NCBI GenBank assembly: GCA_000934665.2
Contig: KZ537974.1
Span: forward strand, 62,001-126,000
DNA length: 64,000 nucleotides
From: Catajapyx aquilonaris
Lineage: Eukaryota
Reading direction: 5' to 3'
A program made the translations under genes and the position numbers. A model generated the notes under the pieces. The model searched no databases. It saw nothing but the letters and a program-made list of their open reading frames with translations, and was not told the DNA's origin. The stretch's first letter is position 1. Every line of letters starts with the position of its first letter. Positions 53,201-64,000 of the stretch are shown here, in pieces.

Positions 53201-56200
53201 AGCCATTCCATGAAACAAATATTTTGGTGTGTTGGTCTGCATTTGCGCAGTGGACACAATACTATAGGAGCCCTGTTAACATGAATTATTCGTGACATGC
53301 GAATTGAATGTACGTAAACCATAACCTAATATTGCATCCTACGCGAGTAAAAATTCAAAAGTAGTACCAAAGCTCTATCCTGTTTCATTATAAATTTAGT
53401 CTCAAATGTATCAAAACAGTGCAAACAAAAGGATATTGCACGTTTTATATTTAATTGCGGTGTGAATTTGCGCTGTACGGTTGAAATAACAGTAAATTGA
53501 AGCTGATGACGCAGGTTGGTGTGCCTTTTGCTAATTTCAATAATGCAACATCTTTCTTTGTATACATAACAAGCATTTTCGGTAATTCAGCATCATAAAA
53601 TAAACCAAACCATATCACCACATTACCCCTCGCTTTTCATATATTCGCTAATTTCTTGCTTAGTTTTATCGGCTTTTTAACAGCAGGTATGACAAATGCG
53701 TGTCCGAAACACGGTGTTTGCAATGTGGAACTTTTAGAGCGTTCATTTGTGCTGTCACTGTACGGATACCAAAGCAGCGAGTAGGCGTGATGTAAAAAGG
53801 GATTGTTTGATGTGTGTTGTATTTCTTTGCTGCTGATAGCAACACAAGCTCCCTGTTAACATGACTGTGTGTCTGGCGCAACATTATGAGTGACATGCAT
53901 TTTAACGTCTCTTACTAACCCCTATTTTTTCATGCAATTACATGTGAACTGAATGAAGTTTGCCTCCGGTACTCTCGCTGAGTAATATTCATCACCGACC
54001 TTTTTTTCCACTCACCAAACTGGAGAGGGTCCGATTGAATTTTGCTCCGGAAATTCCGTTCAGGAATAATATTTGTATTTCTGATTAGTCAGCTACGAAA
54101 AGCGTTCCTGACATTGCTTACCTGCCACTGGCCACCGAATGTGAGTGGAATTGATTGCAAGCTTTACCGATCGTCTCCTCAGGTACATTTTGACCCGGTT
54201 TCTTTGATGCTATCTGGGACATACCAGATTTTTTCCCTCCCTCCAAAGCTTTGCGGCGCCGAATGAAAAATTGCACCATTTGTGGCGTTGGTTTCCTCAC
54301 GGAGCGTCTCATTTTTTATCAAGACCACCTGTGAGATTGAAAGTCTTCAACTTGGACATTTGTCACTGATAGCCATCTAAGACTGACCGCATGTATTTTT
54401 GCGGTTTGCACAAATTTGTCGTAGAAGTTAGTTAGGCTGGGCAGAGTAGTTATATCTCAGGTTTTTGCTCCATGTTCAGTCCCCAATTTCGTTTTGGATC
54501 GAAACGTGAAACTTTTTCCATTAGCTTTCAGGAGCGAGGCTTTCAGACTCGACAGAAACCGGAACTTTTCTCCTTACCCATTTGTCATTATTCGGCATGG
54601 ATGAGGAGCATAGCAATGTCGCTTGAAGCAAGTGTTGCACTTCAGGTCACATGCAGGACGTTTCTCAGCTAGACCGGCAAACTTCTAGAATTGATTTTTG
54701 GACACTATGTGACTATGTAATGATAGTCGACGATAGTATCATAAATTTGACAATTTCAACTCAAATAGTGCATTTTTTATACTCAACCTAAACCATTTTT
54801 GGGAGAAGATATGTGGACAATATGGATCCTACTTGTATTACAGTGCACCCCCAAGTGACAAAATTAGTGCAGAAATTGCACCTATTACACTATAGTAACG
54901 AGTCGGGTCTATAACAACGACAGCACAAAATGACCAGAAATTTGTGGCATTTTGAAGCACCCTGTGACAGGCAGTTGGGTACGTGGCCCAGCAGGAAAAA
55001 GCAGTGTGCCGCTGTTCAAAATTTGATTAGTTGTATGATGCTGCGGTATGGACCTGTCCTATGCACTTTTACTCACATGGCGGCAATGTCCCGGTCGATA
55101 CCCGTACCCGAGTTTAGAGCCATGTACCACCGTGGTCCCCCTGTTTGTAAACTAGTTGCGTTACTAGCCTGCCCCCTTTTCTCTCACGTCGGCTGCGGAA
55201 ATAGGGTATTTATGTCGCAACTGTGGTGTGCAAGTCCTCTGCAACACTATCGATCATGGCAACTTTGCCTACCCCACCCTTTTTGTTGGTGGCTGCACAC
55301 CGGCTGAAAGGCTGGGATTTGGGTGCAGAGCACAAGTGTCCGGGTTCCCACTGCTAAATCCCTAGGCTTCCATATCGATACTCTCGTCCGCCCCCTTTTT
55401 TTTCATCTCGTAGATACCTACTTGGCAAAAAAAATAAAAATTCGCGTGGATGTGAGAAGGGCGGCAAAAATGGCATGTAATTACAGGGTGGACACTTTGC
55501 ACTTGATATGCGAGACATTCTCTCTAGGAAAAATTACGTGCTTCTGCTTTTCTGGTCATGAGAAAAAGGTCGGGTTCGTGACCAGGGTGGGTAATCAGCA
55601 GGGTTGTTTTTCGAGTCTATTTTTATGGGGTGTTAATGAAGTCTGAAGGGGCTTATTAAGGATATGCGACAGGTGAAGTGTCCTTTTATTGACTCGAGTA
55701 CAGTGAGGTCAATTTACTATTGGCTATAGCTCGGTTGTACACACTGGAGCTCCCGGCCTATCCTTATGGGTTAATTCTCCACGTATCGTTATTGGAATCA
55801 AGTGTTCCAAGAAAGAAGCAGAGGACAATAAAAGCCGAGTTTTTACGACCATTCGGGCGCAGGTGGGCACTTGCTCCCAACTTTTGCAATAAGGAGCAAA
55901 GTTGGACACACTTCCTTTTTAAAGAAGCGAGCATATCCGCCTGTTTTTTGAAACTTTGTTTCCAATTTAGTAGCAACAACGCCGGAATTAGACACTTTCG
56001 AAGGGCCTTTTACCCAGCAGCCTTCCAAGATGTTGAAAGATCCCCACTTTATGAAGCCTCTCATTTTTCGCCTATCCCTGAGGGGGCCTCATAGGTGATT
56101 TATGAGTGTTGAGGCGTGTAAGTGGAGGAGAAGGCATTTGGAGGAGGATCCCTGGCGGGGCAGGAAATGAGGCGACGGGACAATGATGGACGCCACATTT

Positions 56201-56601
56201 GGGGGCCATTCGTCCTACAGGCCGCTCCTTCTCCTTGCTTCTTACTGCAATGGGTGTCATTAGGTGCTAACGTGCCTTCAGAAAAAGGAACGGGATAGTG
56301 CACCTGCCCCCACAGAAATTGGATCCCAAATCCGTCCACGATTGGATGGATGTTAATTTAAATACCTGCGCATTTCTCAGGTGAATTTACGGCTGGTCGT
56401 TTCGACCAGGAGAACTTAATGGACGTTAATACTGACCAAAGAAATTCCTTCCCACTTTATATCCAACCGACCGGCGTTCCTGCTGACCCCGCAAGGAGCC
56501 ATTACAGGAGGGCCGATGGGCTCTTCTGGGGCCATAACGACGACCGTCGCGGTTTGCGGTCCTCTCCTGAATTGGAAAAGCGTCTAATTTGAATCCAGAA
56601 A

Positions 56602-56622
56602 GGGGTGGGGAGGGGGGGGGGG
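56602..56622 (+). repeat. G-rich tract with G-quadruplex potential
   Basis: GGGG-T-GGGG-A-G11, about 780 nt upstream of the exon acceptor. Confidence 0.7.
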
Positions 56623-57400
56623 AACGAACTATTTATTTCCTCCCCATTTTTTTGCGGAAGGGTTGAAATCAGGTTGATCCCACTTGACGGGTTGGCATTC
56701 CTTTTGTCGTCATCCCGGGAGGGCTCCCATCATTACTGATGCAGATCCAAAGGATTTGAGATATTTAGCAGTCGGCACATTTTGGCAGATTAGTAGCTTC
56801 AGGTGAGAGGGGATTTACAGATGTTAAGCCTAGGGAGGACATGATGTGACCTTTCGTTTCTGCGACTGCAGATTCGGTGCAATACGTTGCAAAGTAATCA
56901 TGGTCGGAAGCAATCTCGTCCAGGCTGAAGGTAAGCCCGGCGCTTGGGGCTGGCATAAAGTGGACTTATCCGCAATATTACTGCTGGGGTTAGTAGGTTT
57001 GGGTTTTCAGTGGGGGTGGGGAACGTTTTCTGTACCTGCTCACAATGAGGATACATTTGAATGGGTTTGTTGGCACCAATTTTCCGGCCGTTTTGCTCCT
57101 GGAGATTAGCTCTCGTTTTTTTTCGGGTGTACGCTGAGGGCATGGTAATGGCCCTGCTGGTTGTGTATAGGGTGAGGGGGTTGGGTGTATAACCTACACG
57201 TGCCCCGGATATTTTGCGCCTCTTTTCCGGCTCGTTACAGTTAGACCCCAGCAACCCACCGCTCCCTGACGCGGTTTTTGTTGCAACCAACCTACCCAAA
57301 GTGCGCTTCTAAACGACCGTTGCATGTCGAGGAATTTGTTGCGAATATGCCCGCATGTCCCTGTCACCAAACGTAATATGCATTTTTCTACTACTTTCAG

Positions 57401-57544
57401 TGACCAAGTTCATCCGCATCGGAATCGCCGACAAGAATGACAACCCGCCATACTTCGACAAGGCGCTGTACGAGGCTGAGGTTGACGAGAACGAAGACAT
57501 CCAGCACACCGTCCTCACCGTCACTGCCAAAGATCACGACGAAT
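57401..57544 (+). CDS. CadN: Internal coding exon of neural cadherin (DN-cadherin / type III classical cadherin), spanning an EC-repeat junction; probable orthologue of Drosophila CadN alternative exon 13
   Basis: Acceptor catttttctactactttcAG ends at 57400 and donor GTAAGT starts at 57545. The exon is 144 nt with phase 1 on both sides. Translation (G)TG-TKFIRIGIADKNDNPPYFDKALYEAEVDENEDIQHTVLTVTAKDHDE-T contains the cadherin Ca2+-binding motifs DxNDNxP, xDE and AxDxD. Third codon positions are strongly C/G-rich compared with the flanks. It is nearly identical to the DN-cadherin segment as I recall it. Confidence 0.95.
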
Positions 57545-58776
57545 GTAAGTACCTTGCTTTCACCCTCCTTGGGCACGTTTTGGGTGTGCTGTACACGGTT
57601 TGGGCTGCAAGCTGCAAATTGCATTTCTGCTCCCGAATACACATCCGCTCGCTCGATGGGGCCAGAAATTGCCGTCAGGATAGCTTGTTGCCTCCGATGA
57701 TGATGTCAACACGAGTGCCGCCTTCTCCGGGAGAGTGTCCTCTCCCCCATATTGAATTAAGGCGTCCTTCGAAGGGGAAGAGTGCCCTCTTTAGGCCATA
57801 AACCCAACTTGTGCCCGCGTATATTTTTGAGAGGTTGCAGGATGGGCTGGAAATGAGCAGAAAAATATGTTGCAGTATGATACGACCACATTGCCAAGGT
57901 AAGTAAAATTGGTTGTTTTTAAATGAATGGAGCGGCAAAGTCCGGTTTCCTATTCAGCTGATGCGGAGAGACATTTGGCGCCGACTTTACCACAGGAATT
58001 GCAACTCGGCGGGGGTCGGGAAGGCACAAAAAAAAAACATAATGCATGCATAGCGGGGATAATACAGACATTTGGTGGATATATAGGAATGGCGGTGGTG
58101 GTGACAGCTGGGAGTGAATTCCGCGGCCAAACACTCCCGATTATTAATCAATGCGGCCGTTCCGATTGTTTGCGCGATCGGGTGTGGAGAGGCTTGAAAT
58201 GAGGTGGGGAAAATGCGGGACATCTGCCGAGCCCCCATGTTTTTAGCCCGGGCCACGAACCTTCGCTCATGGACGTTAATTACCAAGGGAATGACGGCCA
58301 ATTTCCCTCCCTCCCTATATGGAAAGAGAGGATTCCAACGACGCTTTTCTGGAAGCAAGTTTTGTCGGGCCTCGGGCCAGCCCTTGTTGGTAGTCGTGTC
58401 TGAAGCAGTTGCAGGAGCTCGTGTAGGATTTATCAAAGGCACCCCCTGGCAACATCCATCCCTGCTGATGCTGCTGCGCGCCCCAGGCAAGGAAAAGCCT
58501 ACGCAGTAAGCCCGTTTGGCCGACTTATCCACCTCTATGGAGTGGCAGCTGCTGAGGCTTTATTGCACCTATGCACTTGAGAGAGCGCACCAGAGCGAAA
58601 ACGCCCCTCAAGTTTGCCAAGACACCGAGTTAGAGTGGGGTAGGGATGCATGAAGGCACACCCTGACGCTCATTTCAGGCCGCGGTTGCACGCTGTAATT
58701 GAAATCGGAACTTGGTAGCCAATGGGGTGAGAGGTGATCACGTGGTTCGATGCGCTAGTCTAATTGGCTGGAATTG

Positions 58777-58792
58777 TGCTGCCACCTGGCAG
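58777..58792 (-). promoter_or_regulatory. CTCF-like motif
   Basis: The minus strand reads CTGCCAGGTGGCAGCA, 14/16 identical to the CCACCAGGTGGCAGCA form of the CTCF core. Motif match only. Confidence 0.35.
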
Positions 58793-60236
58793 GAGGATGG
58801 ATTCGCACAAAATGGCGTATTGCTTGGTGGTAATTTGCTTAGAAATTCTTAATAAATGGGCGTTTTCCTGTGTACGTCAGAAACATTGGATATCAGGATG
58901 GAAATGGTTTGGACACAGTGTTATGATAGAGATAAAATAAAACTAAAGAGCTGTACCTTCTTTTGGCGAACCCATCTCTTGGAGACATTTCCACATCTTC
59001 CAAGTTTGCCAAGGGTTAGAAGGCATTATCCGGGACACATGGAGGAACAGCAGTCGCTAACTTGGCCCAACTTCTTCGCCGGGTCGTTGCGCCTGGGCCA
59101 ACCCAGCGTGCAGGATGGCTTTTCTGGAGACTACATGGCGGCAGAAATGGGCAGGTGAACACTCTTGGTGTTTCGCCAGCTGCAAAAGGAAAATAGTAGT
59201 AGTTGTCTCCCCCCTCTCTTTCCTCCCCTCTTCCCACCCTCCCTAAAACCGCTGATGGAATGGAATTATGCAAAGCCTGCGGTTCCCTCCCCTCCCCTGC
59301 AAGTGTCGAAACAGGCAGTTGTCCCAATTACCAGGGACAGCCTCTGGGATAACAGCCTCTGTATGTAGTTAATGTGCGTTACGTGACTGCTCGTGTGTCA
59401 GACGTTTCTGCACTAATCTCATTAAAACTGAGGGCGTAAAAAAAAGCGTGCTGATAGCTGAGGCCCCAAAATTTGCTGAAATGGAAGCTGTTATGCAGAT
59501 GGTCGTGACTGGCAGATGCATGTCGTACACTACCAAAGCACAAGTTCCTGTCAAGGTGAAACATACCGGTTCAGTTATCCTGATTGTTCTGATTCAGTCA
59601 TTAGTTGAGCTCTTAACTTCATCGAACATTGCATGGTTACAAGAGTGTTAGGTCAATGCAGAAATTCTTCCGCAGCAGTAATTTACAACTCAAGGGACAT
59701 TCAGTAACGCATCTGAGTCCCAGCATCAGCATCCAGGAATGTGTTTAAACACATTCTGGAACGAACAGAACTTTGCCAATATTCCACCCCTACTTTCTCT
59801 CCTTCCATCCCGAACAATACACGCACCATGTGTGCTGACAGCGATAGATCACAGAGATGCATCCGCACGACGTGACCTCACCGTAATGGCACTCTGGACC
59901 AAGCCCGAAACTTCTTCTTTGACTCCTTTAATCGAAAACGGGGCAGTCTGGACCGATACGAGCCGGATATGTTCACTTTCGATTGCAGCACAGAGAGAGA
60001 GAGAGTCCATATATATACAGGAGCCAGGTCCTATGCATGGTTGTAGTGTTTGGTGAGGGAAGCGACGGGTGTTTACCCTTTTAGCCCGTTCCTACGCTTA
60101 TCTGGGTCGGAGGGACCGCTGCAGGCGTCAAACTCGTGCTGAACAATGGCGCTTTGAAGTGCTTCAGTCGGCCGTTTTGGCCCCCCCTCAGGCCTACAGG
60201 GGGAGACTGGTTCGTTCACTCTCGGAGCCATCATTC

Positions 60237-60258
60237 GGGGGGGGGGGGGGGGGGGGGG
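60237..60258 (+). repeat. Poly-G tract (G22), the longest of several G/C homopolymers
   Basis: Other G runs: 9909-9924, 46619-46632, 49035-49053, 51716-51727, 52280-52291. C runs: 3364-3378, 19335-19344, 48645-48655. Confidence 0.9.
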
Positions 60259-63200
60259 AAGGTGTTNGGGTTTTGCTACCCACTTACGGCACAGTATGTC
60301 GCCGGGCCCATCATCTTGAGATACGATGAACTCATTTGTCGCGACTTGTTGTGGTCGCCCTCGATAACTTCCTGCTAATATGGAGCGTTGAAGCTAATGG
60401 GGCGGTTAGTTCTTTTAAAAGAGCTATTCTGAAGGAACTGTTGCCTTGGATACAAGATGATGAGAACGAGATTGAAATACCTTATTTTGGGCCATGAGAA
60501 AAGTTTGCATCTAGCTCTATTAATAAGTTGATTGATGTTGGTTGCCACGACAACGTTTGGAACACAGATACCCCATCTCCATCCAAGCGAGAACCTCATA
60601 TACGAGTGTCACAAAAAATATGCATGTTTTCAAGTAAGATGCGGCCTTGTAAGCTTGAACAGCAGAGTGTCAACCCGTGTAAAGTGCCCGTGTTAGCCTA
60701 TTGACACCTGAATTTGCAGTCGGCCAGGCAGGAACAATCCGGAGCGACGTGTAACATGACTAGAGTCGAGGCCGAGATGGCCTCCAGGTGCTTGTAGGTT
60801 AGCGAACCAGTCGAGAGCCTGGAAATGAGCAGATTTCCATACTTTCCAGGGCGCAGAACTCATGCATTTAACATAGTCCCGAGTCTCAGGCTGTGATCCA
60901 CTTCCCTTCTCCTGCATTTACTTTCCTCCAGGCCCTTTTGCTGGATAAGAGAGCAGGATTGAAGAGGGTAAAAAACAGGGGTGTGTCTTAAGCAGATGGC
61001 CTAAGTCGCCTGGAGTAAATGAATAGAGTCGAGGAGTAGAGGGGGGGTTGGGGATGGGGCTAGTGCTTTATGGGCCCATTTTGTCCCCCCTTTCCTTAAC
61101 AGTCGCCCACGTAACTAAATTTGCAAGGCGTGAATTAGGAGCCAGGAGTGCAAATAGGGATTAAAGGAACATAATGGGGAGGAGTAAATTAGTGGCGCCG
61201 CCTGTAGATGATTACGGAATCGTTACAGGTTAGACCCCGTGCAAACTGTTTAATCTTTGGCAGTCGATGGCAATGCTCCAATTTCATGAATCAAAAGGGG
61301 TGGAGTGTTTGGAAAATTATTTGGGTGCTTCAGTAGGTTGTTTCCATGCTGGGCCAGGGGGTTTTTCTCAGAAATTATTCAGTGCGTGCACCCTTGCGAA
61401 AAAAAAAAAAATGGCGAGGGCCTGTAATGTGTATTCGGGAGGGATCATGATGAAATATGCGGGTCCAGTTGGCAGAGACGCGCGTGCGAGCCACGTAATT
61501 TTGTTTATGGGTGTCCAGGGCATGAGAGATGTGGCTCTCTCCCACCCCTCCCAAAACACACATGGCCTTTTCTGGCATTGATAGCGGACCTGCTTCCACA
61601 TGATTAGCTCTCAGCAATGATGTGCTCGACCTGGACGTGTGTGGATGAGCACACACGATATGACCATTGGACGAGGTGGATAACCACACAGGACTTTGTG
61701 TGAACGACAATTTTTTTGCGTGTTGAGAACACGGTGATGGAAGTAGGCGTGGTTAAAATCACTTGGGAGTGGCCATCTCAAAGGGGTTTTAGTGTCTTAA
61801 ACTGGAGGAGATGACTGCGCCATTCATGCCACCATCAGCGATGGGATATCGATTCTCATTTGGGCGTCGAAAGCGTGAAATTCGAGAGCGAGTTAAGGGC
61901 CGGGGAGAAGGAGGAAATGCCGATACCACCCTCAGATGTTAAAATGGATGGACTTGGAGGATGAGTTATTAAGGTTATGATCCTCCGCGGTAATTGGTTC
62001 CAGTCGATGTTACCCGCCGCCGCAAGATCGTCCGTAAATGGAAGATTCGGTTGGCCGGCTCCTATACGGAAAAGAATGTGTTGCTGCTGCAGCAGGCGTG
62101 TAATTACATGGTCTGCTTATGTACACTAATTAGGTCGGGTGGGATGAGATAAGTCGGCTTATCGGCCTGGCCGCAGCCGTTTTCCAGCCCGAGTTCTACC
62201 GAATTATATTTAAGTGCGTTTTGTGCAAACAAGTCATTGACGTGTGTCTTGCCTGGAGTAATTGACTTCTCCGAACCAGTGTCGTGCATAATGTTCCGCT
62301 TTTTACGACTGCATGATCAAAAATGTACTTTCCAAAGGGCTTAAAAGAATCCACTCCCAGTACAGTTACTGTCACAGTGCCGCTCTTTTTCTGTAAGTCT
62401 GAATATGGTACTGTATATACTGCCTTATCCACTTATGGCACCCAGGGGATTTGTTTTACTGTGCTTTATGCCCGGACTTGCAGCACAGTGCAGCTACTTT
62501 CACATTAGCAGTATCGCCTTTGATACTGAGCCACTAGAGGATTCTAATTTTTGAACAGATGTAGACAAAATCTACCATGGCACTAATATTTCAAGGGTCA
62601 GTTTATCTCACATTGTCGTATGGTGGTAGCAATGTTGTTATCCCAGTGAGTTTGAGTCATTTATGATTTGTAAATCAAGATGATCATCAGTGAACGCATA
62701 TATGTAAACAGAACCCGGCGATAAATCGACTAACGTTTGATACGTCTGGATAATTCAGAATATTATTACCGAGAACGTTGTAATGTACATATTGATAGAA
62801 AAATGTCTACTGACTTGGAAGAGTAATCTGGAGGCCAGACTTAAATGTACACAAAGCTCAGTGTAATTTAACCGAACCTTTGCAAGCTCCAGCACCGTAG
62901 CAAAGCAAATTTTAACACAAATTACTCCACTGCGCCAAAGGCTTTTGAACGAAACTTTTATACTCTTACACCGTAATTCCTTTATTGAAGTCAAAAAGTC
63001 TGGCAGTCGAGAACAGAACGTCCTCCCAGTGACATCCGAGAAAGGCCAAAAAATTCGTCGATAGGGAGCAATAATTTGGCACTGGAAGGACAGGTGTCCA
63101 TGCAAATATGGCCCAGATATTGGGACGGCTGTTCATATTTTATATTTTCTCACTTGGAAAAAAAAGGAGGACAAAAGGAGCGCCAGCCTTCTGCGGAACG

Positions 63201-64000
63201 GAGCATCTGATAAATCGCATTAAAGGACACGTTAAAAAACGCGCCAGGCGAGAAGTGGCGAAGACTTTATTGCCTCGTAACATCCAGAGGAGAGCTATGG
63301 TGTATAAGACGGACCCCAAAAAAATGAATGTACACATGCAGAATACATCTATTTTTTTTTAAGTACGGCCTTGTACCGCAGTTATCGAAAAACACTTCGC
63401 GTCGAAATCATTTCAGCTGTAGGTGGGCGGAAGTAACGAATCGGCTATAAATGCAATCCGACCATGTCCGTGAAAATAGTTAGCATTCCGCTCGGTAACA
63501 GTTGGAGCCCTAAACGACGCTATTAATTTGGTGAAACGTACAACAAAGCGAACGCCCTGCCAGTATAAGGACTCGGGTGTGAAAAGCCCAGGCGTGCGTG
63601 AAACATAACAATGCAGATGGCCCTTTAGACCCCACATCTTTTTTGGGGGTTGAGCTGGAGAAGGCGGGATTTTGCGGGATAGGACTGCAATATTTCAATA
63701 TATCGATTTTGATGTTGAATTTACGATATATCGATAGAGTGAATGCGATTTGATATTTGTGCATAATAGTCTTGGCTCATATTTATACCCGGCTCATGTT
63801 CGCTTCTCGTAGCTATATAACCGATAGCCTTAATAGGAGTGTAGGCGATGTTGGAGGAAGAAAGGTTAGTTGAGAGTTGGAGCGTGGCAGATGGTAGGGG
63901 TATTAAAAGTGGGGCCTACCCCTTTGTCTGCTCTTCCTGTGATGTCTGGAGGCATATGGTGCTCGCCTTGCAAGCTGGTTGTGTGGCCTTGTAGGCCGAC

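Larger units (their letters stand above)
1..57400 (+). other. Very long intron (5' end outside the window) upstream of the CadN exon
   Basis: No other cadherin-coding exon was found by eye, including the expected preceding ...DGAPSARPN...PNS exon. The interval ends in a canonical acceptor at 57399-57400. Confidence 0.7.
57545..64000 (+). other. Intron downstream of the CadN exon (3' end outside the window)
   Basis: Starts with a consensus GTAAGT donor. The expected next exon (SSRIRYEI...GAFAV...) was not seen before 64000. Confidence 0.75.

Noticed and set aside
56371..56386. catttctcAG|GTGAAT and similar AG|GT words (12575, 47965, 54182, 45972)
   Set aside because: The regenerated donors or pyrimidine tracts are weak, and this many AGGT words are expected by chance.
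57355..57801. 148-aa ORF from the ORF track as a complete gene
   Set aside because: Only the central 48 codons are cadherin-like and they are bounded by canonical splice sites. The rest is intronic read-through.
46619..60267. Single N bases at 46639, 49054, 52292 and 60267, and an apparent excess of sense-strand G tracts
   Set aside because: Each N follows a long G run, which is typical of sequencing or assembly error, so tract lengths are unreliable. Seven G runs versus three or four C runs is too few to claim strand bias.
60292..60335. Peptide QYVAGPIILRYDEL resembling the CadN 'IYVAGxLDYE' segment expected in the next exon
   Set aside because: Only five residues match, the LDYE motif and the upstream GAFAV sequence are missing, and such a match is expected by chance.
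61698..61725. VNDN peptide resembling the cadherin DxNDN motif
   Set aside because: It lacks the leading D and following xP, and is closed by nearby in-frame stops on both sides.

Overview
This is eukaryotic (animal, most likely insect/pancrustacean) genomic DNA and is almost entirely non-coding. The only convincing coding feature is one 144-nt, phase-1/phase-1 internal exon at 57401-57544 (+). It encodes (V)TKFIRIGIADKNDNPPYFDKALYEAEVDENEDIQHTVLTVTAKDHDE(S), a cadherin EC-repeat junction that I recognise as arthropod neural cadherin (DN-cadherin/CadN). From memory it corresponds to one of the mutually exclusive exon-13 variants. I found no other cadherin exon, so the window appears to be a >57-kb intron, this exon, and the start of the next intron. 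The most notable signal is a textbook recursive-splicing ('ratchet') site at 7611/7612: branch point, pyrimidine tract and CAG|GTAAGT, followed by a 50-nt cryptic exon whose inclusion would create an immediate stop. Also present are weaker ratchet and poison-exon candidates, possible splicing-regulatory motifs around the exon, a Tigger/MER2-like transposon end, a tandem pair of hairpins, microsatellites and long G/C tracts. The other short ORFs in the supplied track look like noise. Family assignments are from recall, not from database searches.
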